In this document: piece by piece, positions 19,284 to 29,314 of the stretch
Layout of the letters: each line of letters opens with the position of its first letter
Position numbering within the stretch: the first letter of the stretch is position 1
DNA from: an uncultured Gemmatimonadota bacterium
GTDB taxonomy: Bacteria; JAAXHH01
Length of the DNA: 64,000 nucleotides
Direction: 5' to 3'
NCBI GenBank assembly: GCA_951812955.1
Contig: OX638340.1
Coordinates: forward strand, 1,408,001-1,472,000
Translations under genes and position numbers: made by a program
Notes under the pieces: model-generated
Seen by the model: only the letters and a program-made list of their open reading frames with translations
Database searches by the model: none
What the model was told of the DNA's origin: nothing

Positions 19284-20396
19284 TTAACGGCGAAGGCCGC
19301 CGGTTCCAGCCGATTCCTTCACCGTGGAGAGCAAGTGGGCGGGCTTTCCGCCGGACCGCCGAAACTCGATCAATTCGGCCATGATGCTGACCGCGATTTC
19401 CTCCGGCGTATCGGCGCCTATTTCCATGCCGATCGGCGCATGTACCCTTTCCAGCAGGTGCCGGGGCACGCCTTTCTCTTCCAGATTCTTCCACATCAGG
19501 GCGATCTTGCGCCGGCTACCGATCATTCCGATGTACGCGGCGTCGGTCCACACCGCCTGCTCGATGACGGGCTGGTCCCACTGGTGACCGCGGGTGACCG
19601 CGACCAGGTAGGATGAACCGTCTATGGGCAGCTTGCCGACGACCTCGTCGAATGCGTCCACGACCACCTCGTCGGCCTCGGGAAACCGTTCATGGTTCGC
19701 GAAGGCCGGACGATCGTCTACCACGATGATGCGGAATCCCACGGTATCCGCCAACCGGGCTATGGCTTTGGCGACGTGGCCCCCGCCGAAAAGGAAAAGC
19801 TGCGGCGCAGGCCATATGGACTCTATGAAGACCCGGGTCTCCGCGCCTTCGTGTTCCAGCGTTACTACCCGAAGCAGGTTCTCGGTGATTTCGATGTCCG
19901 TGTCCAGCCTGATCCGGTCGTCCAGGACGGGGTCTCCCAGGGATCCGACAGTCTCGCCCCCGGCCGTAACGAGCAGTTTGCCGCCTTCGGTGCCGGCCGG
20001 TCCCGATACCAGCGTGGCCAGCAGTCCGATGCCCCGCGTTTCGTGAAGACGGCGGATCGCTTCGAAGACCTCCTGCATCGGTCCCGTCTTGACCGGCTCC
20101 GTGAATATCTCCACATTGCCGCCGCAGTTCAGACCCTCGTCACCTGCGTGCTTCTCCGTCAGAATGAAACGCTGAAGCCGGGGGGAAGCCAGCTCCATCA
20201 CCTCCCGGGCCTCGGCCCAGACATCGGCTTCCAGGCATCCTCCACCCACCGTTCCGGTGAACGTACCGTCTCGCTTGACGAGCATTTTCGCCTTCTTGCT
20301 CATCGGAAGTGATCCCTTGCTCGATACGATGGTGGAAAGGGCCGCCTTTTCACCCCGCGACAGGACTTCCACGACCTCGTCGAATACCTCTTTCAT
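19284..20396 (-). CDS. XdhC/CoxI family molybdenum cofactor insertion accessory protein
   Basis: XdhC N-domain plus Rossmann-like C-domain (FLFGGGHVAKAIARLA). Confidence 0.75.
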   Translation of the reverse strand: MKEVFDEVVEVLSRGEKAALSTIVSSKGSLPMSKKAKMLVKRDGTFTGTVGGGCLEADVWAEAREVMELASPRLQRFILTEKHAGDEGLNCGGNVEIFTEPVKTGPMQEVFEAIRRLHETRGIGLLATLVSGPAGTEGGKLLVTAGGETVGSLGDPVLDDRIRLDTDIEITENLLRVVTLEHEGAETRVFIESIWPAPQLFLFGGGHVAKAIARLADTVGFRIIVVDDRPAFANHERFPEADEVVVDAFDEVVGKLPIDGSSYLVAVTRGHQWDQPVIEQAVWTDAAYIGMIGSRRKIALMWKNLEEKGVPRHLLERVHAPIGMEIGADTPEEIAVSIMAELIEFRRSGGKPAHLLSTVKESAGTGGLRR

Positions 20397-20417
20397 AGGC
20401 CTTTCCCCGCTTGAGCG

Positions 20418-20879
20418 TCAGCCCCGTTCAACGGGCGACTCCTCGAAACCGGTCTCTTCGTCCACCCACCGGAACATCCTGATTTCGCTTACGGCGTCTC
20501 GCTTGACGGCAAGTACCAGATAGCCGGGTTCCGGGTCCATCCAGCCGGTCAGGGCTTCCATCCGGTCCTTCTCCGAGAAATACGCCGGGGCGTCCGGATG
20601 GGAATGATAGAACGCCAGGACCTGCGCGCCCGGCGGGTCGAACTTCCCAAAGAACAGCCGCTCCATGTCCGTCCGGCTGAACGCGTAGGCGGTCCGGGCG
20701 TCCCTGGGATGTTGCACCGGATCTTTCGCGTGCAACTCGTTTTGAATGTTCGTGCACCGGTGCACCCGCCAGGATTCCGGTTCGTTCGTCCCGGTCAGGA
20801 ACCCGCAGCACTCCCGGGGATACTCAGCCACGGCATGGGCGACCATATCGTCGTAGACCGGCCGGGGAACCCACAGCAT
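20418..20879 (-). CDS. JAMM/MPN+ (Mov34) family metallo-isopeptidase-like protein
   Basis: ECCGFLTG and JAMM motif HSHPDAPAYFSEKD. Start taken at MLWVPRP; the track ORF extends further upstream into mrp. Confidence 0.7.
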   Translation of the reverse strand: MLWVPRPVYDDMVAHAVAEYPRECCGFLTGTNEPESWRVHRCTNIQNELHAKDPVQHPRDARTAYAFSRTDMERLFFGKFDPPGAQVLAFYHSHPDAPAYFSEKDRMEALTGWMDPEPGYLVLAVKRDAVSEIRMFRWVDEETGFEESPVERG

Positions 20880-21703
20880 CAGGAGCGTTCCGGGACGGTG
20901 ACGGGCGCCGGCAGGCGCTCGATTTCGGCCTCCACGGCCGTCCTGATCCCGTCGAAGGCCGCTTTCTCCACAGTACCCACCGGATCGAGGAAGATCGGTT
21001 CGCCGGCGTCTCCCGCCGCGCAAACCGCCGGCGACAGGGGGATTTCGCCCAGGAGAGGAAGGCCCAGTTCTTCGCTCAGCGCCTTGCCCCCGCCCCGGCC
21101 GAAAACATAGGTCCGATCGCCCGTTCCCGGATTCGCGTAGTAACTCATGTTTTCAACAATACCCAGCACGGGAACCCGCAAGCGCTCGAACATGGTGATA
21201 GACTTGCGCACGTCCGACAGCGCGACCTGCTGGGGCGTCGTGACGATAACAGCACCGGTGAGTTGAACAGACTGGGCCAGGGTCAGCGAAGCGTCGCCGG
21301 TTCCGGGCGGCAGGTCGACCACCAGACTGTCCAGTTCGCCCCAGGCTACGTTGCCAAGAAACCCCTTCACCATCTTTCCGACCAGGGGGCCCCGATAGAT
21401 CACGGCGTCCGACGGACCCGCGACGAAGCCGACGGAGACCACCCGGATACCATGCTTCACAATAGGTTGAATTCTGCCTGAAGGATCTTTCTCGAGGGAC
21501 CCGGAGACGCCCATCATCTGGGGGACGTTCGGGCCATACACGTCCGCGTCGAGCAGACCGACCGCCTGGCCTGTTTCCACGAGAGCGAGGGCCAGATTGA
21601 CGCTTACCGTCGACTTGCCCACGCCGCCTTTGCCGCTGGCCACGGCGATAACACGGCGTATGCCGGTCAGGGGCGCACTGGGATTTTCGGATTCCGAAGC
21701 CAA
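20879..21703 (-). CDS. mrp: Mrp/ApbC/NBP35 Fe-S cluster carrier ATPase
   Basis: GKGGVGKST P-loop. CxxC near C-terminus. Confidence 0.85.
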   Translation of the reverse strand: MASESENPSAPLTGIRRVIAVASGKGGVGKSTVSVNLALALVETGQAVGLLDADVYGPNVPQMMGVSGSLEKDPSGRIQPIVKHGIRVVSVGFVAGPSDAVIYRGPLVGKMVKGFLGNVAWGELDSLVVDLPPGTGDASLTLAQSVQLTGAVIVTTPQQVALSDVRKSITMFERLRVPVLGIVENMSYYANPGTGDRTYVFGRGGGKALSEELGLPLLGEIPLSPAVCAAGDAGEPIFLDPVGTVEKAAFDGIRTAVEAEIERLPAPVTVPERS

Positions 21704-21757
21704 GGTGTTCGATCCGCGGTTACTGGATGCCTGGTTCCGTTCACTCGCCTTTCAGGC

Positions 21758-22081
21758 TTATACGTGAAAGGACTCGCCGCAACCGCAGGTACCCTTGGCA
21801 TTCGGATTACTGACCTTGAATCCCGCGCCCATCAGACCTTCTACGTAATCCAGTTCCGCACCCATCAGGTAGATGGCGCTCTTGCTGTCGACGTAAACCC
21901 TGATGCCGTTCTGCTCGATGATCTGGTCGTTCTCGGTAGACTGCTTGTCGAAGGCGAGACGGTACTGAAAACCGGAACAGCCTCCTCCGGCGATCATCAC
22001 GCGCAACCCGAGATCCGGACTGCCCTGATCCTCGATCATGGTTTTAATCTTGTCGGCGGCGATATCCGTCACGGTGACCAT
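21758..22081 (-). CDS. erpA: HesB/IscA/ErpA-family Fe-S cluster insertion protein
   Basis: Three conserved Cys (GGGCSGF...CGCGESF). Start taken at MVTVTD. Confidence 0.8.
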   Translation of the reverse strand: MVTVTDIAADKIKTMIEDQGSPDLGLRVMIAGGGCSGFQYRLAFDKQSTENDQIIEQNGIRVYVDSKSAIYLMGAELDYVEGLMGAGFKVSNPNAKGTCGCGESFHV

Positions 22082-22272
22082 GAAGACAACCCCCTTGCAG
22101 AGACCGAAAGTGGTGCGATTAGCAAAATTCTGCATCAACCGGAATACCACACTGATTGCTGTCAGGTAAAAAACCACACTCCCGCTGCAAAGTCAACCTC
22201 TTTATCGAAGGCGTTCCGGCTCCTGTTCCACCGCTTGCGAAACGACGCGAAACCACATGCCGGGGCATGCGG

Positions 22273-24357
22273 TCAAGGCGCGCCCGCGCGCAGAAGGAGC
22301 ATTTTGCCACGGTCCTCGACGGCGCCGGCGGCCATATGGTATAAATACACTCCGCTGGGCAAGGCGCGGCCACCATCGTCCATGCCGTTCCAAGTCCGGA
22401 CGTAACGGCCTGGTCCGTACATCCGATCCGTCAGAATCCGCACGCGCCTTCCGAGCAAATCGTAGATCGTCAGGGTTACCCGGGCCGGCTCCGTCAATTC
22501 GAAGCGTATATCCGTACTGTTGGCGAATGGATTCGGCGCATTCGGGTAGAGGACCGCAGCCGGTCCGCCGGACGGGCCTGGCACGTGATCGACGCGCAAC
22601 GTCGCGGGTTCCGCCGTCAGCGTCCGTCCCGGGCGGCCCATGGGCCGCAGACGGTACTCGTAGGCGCTGCCCGGTACTACGGCCGTATCATTGTAGGAAT
22701 AGGCATTCGAGGCGGGACGATCGACTCCAGACCGGTTCACCGGCACGGAGTCCAGCAATTCATACGATCCATTGGGGAAGTCTCTTCGTTCGATTCGGTA
22801 GGAAAGCAGGTTGATCTCCAACCCCGCGGTCCAGGAGAGGTACACGCCGCTCGGTCCGCTCTCGGCGGTGAACGACCGCACGGTCCCCCTCGACTCGGAC
22901 ATCAGGGCGTCGGCCGCCTGAACGATGCCGTACCCGTTGAGCGTATCCGGCGATGCGGCCTGTCCGGCCGTCTGGCGGAGAACCCTTCGCACCTTGTCCG
23001 GCGTCCAATGCGGATAAGCTTCCAGCAGCAACGCGGCTACGCCTGCCACAAGAGGCGCGGAGAAAGAGGTGCCATCGACGCGCATGTACCCGTCCATGGT
23101 GAACGGATCCACCGTGTAGACGCCTTCCCCCATGGCCATAACGTCCGGCTTGATGCGGCCGTCGTAGGTGGGGCCGATGGAGGAGAACTCGGCACGCCTG
23201 CCAGAGGCATCGACAGCTCCAACGGAAATCACCCCTTCCGCGTCGGCGGGCGCCACCATCTTTTCATAGGGGGCGCCGCCCTCGTTTCCCATGCTGTTCA
23301 CGACCACGATGCCACGGTCCGACGCCATGGAAGCCGCCCGGGTGATCATGGCGGTTTCGCCGTCCATGTCTTCATAGGAATACCAGTCGATGTATCCGAG
23401 TGAACTGCTGATCACGTCAGCGCCCAGACTGTCGGCCCATTCCATGGCGGCCACCCAGAAGTCTTCTTCGATCTCGTTCTCGAAGGCGACGACCTCCGTG
23501 CTCGCGAGGAGGTAGCGGGCGCCGAAAGCGGGACCGACCAGATGACCCGGCGCGTATCCGCCGATGGTGCCGAGTACCGACGTACCATGACTGGAGGACT
23601 CCAGTTCGGTGAACCCGGTTTCGTCCCGAAGGAAGTTGCGGTGGGCGTCCACACGGGTTCTGAGACTGTCGAAAGTCACGTGATCCAGGTTGAATCCGGT
23701 GTCGAAGAGCGCTACGAGCACGCCGCTTCCAGTAAGCCCCAGATCATGGAGTTCCGGTACGTGCAACTGGTTCAACTGAACGAAGGAAGGACCGTAATCG
23801 AGACCGGTAGTCTGGACCGCACGGGGACTGGCGTCCGTTTCAACCTGGCCGGTGATTTCTGGTGGGACGGGGCGCGGACGACCCAGTCTGGCGACCGCGT
23901 CGACGCTCAGCACGAATTGCTGGCTTGCCAGATCCTCAACGTCCCCGGCCAGGATGGACACGCTCGCCGCGTTAAACCAGCGGGACACCTGGAGGACCCT
24001 GCCTCCCAACTCCTCTATGCGCTCCAAGTAGGGCGCGTGGACGGGAATGTCCTCCCACCCCGCGAGCCGGTCGCCTCTTGTCGACAGCCGCCGGCGGGCA
24101 CGGGTTGAAAGGCGGTCTTCAGCGGCCGCCAGCGCGGCGTCGTATCCCGCCCCCGGGACTTGCCCCTTGTCCGCCAGGTAAACCCATACTTTCAGCCGCT
24201 CGTCGGACGGCCGTGTGGCGAGGTCGTTCCGAAGGCGGGTGGATATCTTGGATTCTATGCCGGAGACGGTTCCCCTTGCCGGCTGCTGATCTTGCGGTGG
24301 GTTGCCGTAGGCGTGGCACGCTATGAGGGCGAGCAGTAACGCTGCGCATCGCTTCAT
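22273..24357 (-). CDS. secreted S8 subtilase with C-terminal T9SS (Por) sorting domain
   Basis: Subtilase catalytic blocks (DTG..., HGT, GTSFSAP). Signal peptide MKRCAALLLALIACHAYG. C-terminal ~80 aa beta-rich tail (...YLYHMAAGAVEDRGKMLLLR) typical of T9SS CTD. Confidence 0.75.
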   Translation of the reverse strand: MKRCAALLLALIACHAYGNPPQDQQPARGTVSGIESKISTRLRNDLATRPSDERLKVWVYLADKGQVPGAGYDAALAAAEDRLSTRARRRLSTRGDRLAGWEDIPVHAPYLERIEELGGRVLQVSRWFNAASVSILAGDVEDLASQQFVLSVDAVARLGRPRPVPPEITGQVETDASPRAVQTTGLDYGPSFVQLNQLHVPELHDLGLTGSGVLVALFDTGFNLDHVTFDSLRTRVDAHRNFLRDETGFTELESSSHGTSVLGTIGGYAPGHLVGPAFGARYLLASTEVVAFENEIEEDFWVAAMEWADSLGADVISSSLGYIDWYSYEDMDGETAMITRAASMASDRGIVVVNSMGNEGGAPYEKMVAPADAEGVISVGAVDASGRRAEFSSIGPTYDGRIKPDVMAMGEGVYTVDPFTMDGYMRVDGTSFSAPLVAGVAALLLEAYPHWTPDKVRRVLRQTAGQAASPDTLNGYGIVQAADALMSESRGTVRSFTAESGPSGVYLSWTAGLEINLLSYRIERRDFPNGSYELLDSVPVNRSGVDRPASNAYSYNDTAVVPGSAYEYRLRPMGRPGRTLTAEPATLRVDHVPGPSGGPAAVLYPNAPNPFANSTDIRFELTEPARVTLTIYDLLGRRVRILTDRMYGPGRYVRTWNGMDDGGRALPSGVYLYHMAAGAVEDRGKMLLLRAGAP

Positions 24358-24409
24358 TGCCGGCTCTCCGGGTTGGGACGGGCAGGACAGCGGCCTTGGC
24401 CGGCCGGAT

Positions 24410-24955
24410 TCAAGGTCCGGCCGCGTCCGGGCGGCGTGTGCGGTCTCTTGCGATCCAGCGCAGCATGAAACCCAGGACGGCCAGGAAGACGACGACACCC
24501 AGCGCCAACGACAAGCTCACCCCCAGGAGGCCGGCCATCTCTCCGCCCAGATAGAAACCCAGCACACCGCCGATCCTGAACCGGACATACTCGGGGAATA
24601 TGGGGATCAGGCTTCCTGTCGCTGTACCAATGGTCATGAGGGCGAGGAGCCAGCCGGCCTGGACGAGCACGATCCCGGAATGCCGGGCCTGGATGCGGTT
24701 CCAGGCGAGCAGGCCGATGATTAACGGCAGTACAAATCCCCCGTATCCAAGGACGAGCGTCACGCCGTAGGACAACAGGGCGCCGGGGCGTCCACCCAGG
24801 TTGGCTACTTCACCGGGGCTCCGGCTCGAGTTGGGGTAGTCGGTTTCCGCGTGGGTTGCGAGGCTGAGCAGAACGAAGAGCGCGACGGGGATCAGAAGGA
24901 CCCCGATCGCGTGCATGCGGCGTTCGATGGCTCGGTTGAACGGAGGGAAGCTCAA
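24410..24955 (-). CDS. hypothetical polytopic membrane protein
   Basis: Four to five hydrophobic helices. No family assigned. Confidence 0.4.
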   Translation of the reverse strand: MSFPPFNRAIERRMHAIGVLLIPVALFVLLSLATHAETDYPNSSRSPGEVANLGGRPGALLSYGVTLVLGYGGFVLPLIIGLLAWNRIQARHSGIVLVQAGWLLALMTIGTATGSLIPIFPEYVRFRIGGVLGFYLGGEMAGLLGVSLSLALGVVVFLAVLGFMLRWIARDRTRRPDAAGP

Positions 24956-24976
24956 TCCGCGCGCTCCCTTCGGAAC

Positions 24977-25777
24977 CTACCGGATCCCTCGGGCATATTC
25001 CACGGCGTTACGGAAGATATGCAGACCGTCGGGTTCCTTGCATCCCTCCCGGGTCCACCGAGGATGGTGGGTCGGATGCGTGTAGCGTTCCGGATGTGGC
25101 ATGAGGCCGAAAATCCGACCAGTGGCGTCGCAGATCCCGGCGATGGCGTCGATCGAACCGTTCGGACTCCAGGGATACTCGGCCGCTCCACCGCCCACCC
25201 AAGGCGGATTGACATACCGCAGCGCAACGTGACCGCCCGAGCCCAGCCTCTCCCGCACGTCCTCGGACGCCAGCATGACCTTGCCTTCCCCGTTCGCGAC
25301 CGGAATGTAGATGGTCTCCGGCATGTCGCGGGTAAAGACGCAGGGGCTGTCGGGGTTCCTGCGCAGGTGGACCCACCGGCACTCGAACTTCCCGGAGTCG
25401 TTGTAGAATACCGTCGCTTCCTGCCGTCTTCCGCCCGGTTTCGTCTGGGGCAGCAGTCCCATCTTGACCAGCACCTGGAATCCATTGCAGATGCCAAGAA
25501 TCAGTTTTCCTTCCCCGATGAACGATTCCACGTCGTCCATCAACTTGCACTGCATCTCGTTGGCGAGCACCTTGCCGCCCGAGAGATCGTCGCCATAGGA
25601 GAAGCCGCCGGACAGGACCAGCACGTCGTACTCTGACAGGCTGCGGCGTCCTTGGATGAACGCATTGATGTGCACGGGATCCACCCGCGCGGCGCCGGCG
25701 AGACGGAACGCGTGGGCCGTTTCCTCGTCGCAGTTGATTCCCGCTGCGCGCAGAATCAGGACCGAGGCGGTGGACAT
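24977..25777 (-). CDS. purQ: phosphoribosylformylglycinamidine synthase subunit PurQ (glutaminase)
   Basis: Class I GATase with family-typical LILGICNGFQ nucleophile elbow. Confidence 0.85.
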   Translation of the reverse strand: MSTASVLILRAAGINCDEETAHAFRLAGAARVDPVHINAFIQGRRSLSEYDVLVLSGGFSYGDDLSGGKVLANEMQCKLMDDVESFIGEGKLILGICNGFQVLVKMGLLPQTKPGGRRQEATVFYNDSGKFECRWVHLRRNPDSPCVFTRDMPETIYIPVANGEGKVMLASEDVRERLGSGGHVALRYVNPPWVGGGAAEYPWSPNGSIDAIAGICDATGRIFGLMPHPERYTHPTHHPRWTREGCKEPDGLHIFRNAVEYARGIR

Positions 25778-25868
25778 GGATGCTCCCTGGTTGGGAAGTC
25801 TGTGTAATACGAAACGCTCGTACTGTTCGGACGGATCGTACCGTTCGGACCGACCGGGCCGCGCTGCG

Positions 25869-28298
25869 TCACCATCTCAGGGGTTGTTGCCATGCTTCTT
25901 TCAGGGTTGTCAGGTCCGTCGACACGATTTCAGCGCCCCGCAGCCCGCGCACGAGAAAACGGTCGTCCCCGCTGACGGTCCCAGCGCGTCCGAAGGGGCT
26001 TCCTTCCATCTGTGCTTCGAAGTCGGCCTCCCGGCCCACGGGAACCTCCACCACGAAGCGGCTGTTCGATTCGGAGAACAGGACGGTGTCGTCGCGGTCC
26101 GCGTCCGGGTCCCGCGGGACGGCATCGAGATCCAGGGACATGCCGAATCCGCCCGCGAAGGCCATTTCCGCCGCGGCCACGGCAAGGCCGCCCTCGGAGC
26201 AGTCGTGACAGGAGGCCACGAGTCCCCGCGATATGGCCCCGTGCAGCCGGCTCATGTTCCCGCTCCCGGCGGCCGCGTCCACGGTCGGCACGTTCCGTCC
26301 GATGAATCCGAGCATGCGGTAGTACCGGGAACCGCCCAGTTCATCGCGCGTGCGCCCGACGATGTAGACGCTGTTTCCCGGCGCCTTGGCATCCATGCTC
26401 ACCGCCCGGCGCACGTCGTCCATCACGCAGATGGCCGAAATGAGCAGCGTGGGCGGTATGGCGATGGTCCGTTCGCCGTCGGAGAATTCGTTGTAGAAGC
26501 TGTCCTTCCCCGAGATGAAAGGCGTGCCGTAGGCGACCGCGAAGTCGTAACAGGCCCGTGCCGCGCGGACCAGCGCGGCGAGCCGGTCCGGCTTGTCCGG
26601 ATTCCCCCAGCAGAAGTTGTCCAGCAGCACGGTTTGTTCGATACTGCCCCCGACGCTGGTGATCTGCCGGAGCGCTTCGTCGATGGCGGAAGCCGCCATC
26701 CAGTACGGATCGATGTCGGCATAGGAGGGATTGATGCCGTTGGCCACGGCGACGCCCTTGTCCGATGTCAGCACGGGACGCACGACCGCCGCGTCCCCTG
26801 GTCCATCGTTCCGGACGCCCTGCAGGGGCTTGAGCACGCTTCCGCCCTGTACCTCGTGGTCGTATTGCCGGACGACCCATTCCTTGCTCGCCACATTCCA
26901 GGACGACAGCAGACGGGTCAGGCTGGTCGCGGGATCGGGACGGTCCGTTTCAGATGGTTCGGGATGTGCGGACGGGTCCCAACGGGCCTGCCGGACGATG
27001 CGCGGCACCCCCCCGTGCAGGAATTCCATGTCCAGGTCTGCGACGGTGGACCGCTCCGCCTCCGGACCGGGCCTATGTGTGACGCTCAACCGCCCGTCGC
27101 CGGTGAATTTGCCGATCTCGGAGACTTCCACGTCCTCTTCGGCGCAGAGCGCGCGCAGGGCTTCCATGTGCTCGGGCGGGACGGCCAGGATCATGCGTTC
27201 CTGGGATTCCGAGAGAAAGATCTCCCACGGTTTCAACCCGCCGTATTTCAGGGGCGCCTTTTCCAGGTGCACTTCCGCGCCCGTGGCCTGTCCCATTTCA
27301 CCGATGGCCGACGAGAACCCGCCCGCGCCGCAGTCGGTGATGTTCCGGTAGAGCTTGCGGTCCCGTGCCTGCACCAGGACGTCGAGGATCTTCTTCTCCT
27401 CGATGGGGTTGCCGATTTGTACGGCCTGGGTGGCGGTGGATTCCGAGGACTCGTTCAGCTCGACGGACGAAAACGTTGCCCCGTGGATCCCGTCTCGGCC
27501 CGTCCTTCCGCCGATGGTGACGATGAAATCCCCCGGTTCGACCGATTTCTCGCACCGATCGACCGGGATCACGGCCGCCGTGCCGCAGTAAACCAGGGGA
27601 TTCCCCAGATACCGCTCGTCGAACAGGATGGCCCCGTTGACGGTCGGTATGCCCATGCGGTTGCCGTAGTCCCGGACACCGGCCACGACGCCCTTGAAGA
27701 CGCGCTTCGGATGCAATACGCCTTCTGGCAGTTCACTGTAGGGGAAGTCGGGCGGCGCGAAGCAGAATACGTCCGTATTGAAAATGGGCTTTCCGCCCAG
27801 GCCCGTCCCGAGCGGATCGCGAATGACCCCGCCGATACCCGTATTCGCGCCGCCGTAAGGGTCCAGCGCGGAAGGGTGGTTATGTGTCTCCACCTTGAAA
27901 ACGAGATGAAAATCGTCGTCGAACTCGATGATCCCCGCATTGTCGACGAACACGGACACGCACTGGTCGCGCGCGCCCTTGGCGCGGCGGATATCCTCGG
28001 TCGCCTTCCTGATGGAGCGGGCGAAGAGGTTGTCGATGCGCTCAGTCTTCCTGCCCGAGACGTAATCTATGACCCCGTTGAAGACCTTGTGCTTGCAGTG
28101 CTCGGACCAGGTCTGGGCCAGCGTCTCCAATTCGACGTCCGTCGGGTCGCGGCCGATCGCGTTGAAATGGCGCCGGATCGACCTCATCTCCTCCAGATTG
28201 AGGGCCAGCATGCCATCGCGGCTCAGCCGCATCATTTCATCGTCGGTCGCCTTCAGCAGGGGAAGAGTCTCTACCTTGTCGTCGGCCTCGAAGGTCAT
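25869..28298 (-). CDS. purL: phosphoribosylformylglycinamidine synthase subunit PurL
   Basis: FGAM synthase II sequence throughout. Start placed at MTFEADD directly after the PurS-like stop; the upstream extension in the track is likely spurious. Confidence 0.8.
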   Translation of the reverse strand: MTFEADDKVETLPLLKATDDEMMRLSRDGMLALNLEEMRSIRRHFNAIGRDPTDVELETLAQTWSEHCKHKVFNGVIDYVSGRKTERIDNLFARSIRKATEDIRRAKGARDQCVSVFVDNAGIIEFDDDFHLVFKVETHNHPSALDPYGGANTGIGGVIRDPLGTGLGGKPIFNTDVFCFAPPDFPYSELPEGVLHPKRVFKGVVAGVRDYGNRMGIPTVNGAILFDERYLGNPLVYCGTAAVIPVDRCEKSVEPGDFIVTIGGRTGRDGIHGATFSSVELNESSESTATQAVQIGNPIEEKKILDVLVQARDRKLYRNITDCGAGGFSSAIGEMGQATGAEVHLEKAPLKYGGLKPWEIFLSESQERMILAVPPEHMEALRALCAEEDVEVSEIGKFTGDGRLSVTHRPGPEAERSTVADLDMEFLHGGVPRIVRQARWDPSAHPEPSETDRPDPATSLTRLLSSWNVASKEWVVRQYDHEVQGGSVLKPLQGVRNDGPGDAAVVRPVLTSDKGVAVANGINPSYADIDPYWMAASAIDEALRQITSVGGSIEQTVLLDNFCWGNPDKPDRLAALVRAARACYDFAVAYGTPFISGKDSFYNEFSDGERTIAIPPTLLISAICVMDDVRRAVSMDAKAPGNSVYIVGRTRDELGGSRYYRMLGFIGRNVPTVDAAAGSGNMSRLHGAISRGLVASCHDCSEGGLAVAAAEMAFAGGFGMSLDLDAVPRDPDADRDDTVLFSESNSRFVVEVPVGREADFEAQMEGSPFGRAGTVSGDDRFLVRGLRGAEIVSTDLTTLKEAWQQPLRW

Positions 28299-28783
28299 TT
28301 GCCCCCTTCGTAGCATGCGTATCTTTCGATCACGTCGTTGGCCAGCAACCGCCGGCATATGGTGTCGATCTGCGACCGGACGAGCTGGCCCGCCAGGATA
28401 TACCCCCGTCCCGTTTCCACCGATTCTATCCCCGCGACGCCCAGGTCGCGGCTGCCCTTCAGGGCCGTTTCGCCCACGGCGTCGGTTACCCCCCGCCGGA
28501 ACCATACTTCCACGCCCCATTCTCCCGGGACGGCAGGAAGGCCCTCGGCGGCCATTTCAAGATGGTCCTGTGTGACTGGGTCGGCAAGCAGTCCCGTGGT
28601 GATCCGGTCCAGTTCGTCGCTTGACAACGCGCCGCGGAGCGCGTATAGCCGGACGTGCCGAACGCGCTCGATCCCGTTGATGCCCAGGTCGAGGATATCG
28701 CCGCGGAGACCTTCGCCCACCGCGTCCACCACGTCTGCCTTATTCACGACGGCAATGCGCCATGTCTTCGAGTCCGCCGCCAT
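28295..28783 (-). CDS. purS: PurS-like protein (apparent tandem PurS duplication)
   Basis: Sits immediately 5' of purL in the same orientation. Two ~80-aa PurS-like halves. Start at MAADSKTWRIAVV. Confidence 0.5.
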   Translation of the reverse strand: MAADSKTWRIAVVNKADVVDAVGEGLRGDILDLGINGIERVRHVRLYALRGALSSDELDRITTGLLADPVTQDHLEMAAEGLPAVPGEWGVEVWFRRGVTDAVGETALKGSRDLGVAGIESVETGRGYILAGQLVRSQIDTICRRLLANDVIERYACYEGGK

Positions 28784-29314
28784 CCGCTGTTTCCTTCGCG
28801 GAGAAGGATCTCCTGTCAAAGGGTCCACGTCCGATTTCGAGAGTGCCAATTTATCCACGGGGCCTTCCCCTGTCAATCCTAAAGGGAAAACACTTGACTC
28901 GACGGGCTTTTCGGTATATTTTGATTACACTGGGAACAGATACCCGGGCAGAGCCATGTCGTCGGCCCGTGCATGTTGGATTCCGGCTGGACGAGATGAT
29001 ATTCCTACCCGGTTCCCGCTGTCTCAGCAACGACGCAATTCCAGTCTTTTAGAACGCGCACCGGAATGTCCTTTCCATCTGTCCGAACGATGTTGTCTTT
29101 GCTGCTCGCACATTCTCGACAGGGTCCTGTATGGCACGCATCGTTTGGCTCACCGTTCATACCACTATGGATCGATTTGCAACGGGAACCGGATCCGCAT
29201 AGACCGGGCGGAGGGGAAATGACGCGTGTTGCGTATGGCGCGGAGGGGAGGTGAGGCAAGATCGGCACATCTTATAAAGAGTCCTATGGCAACGGGGCGA
29301 GATACGAACAGGCG

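Noticed and set aside
25656-28313. 885-aa ORF antisense to purL
   Set aside because: Arg/Gly/His-rich nonsense; purL on the other strand is unambiguous.
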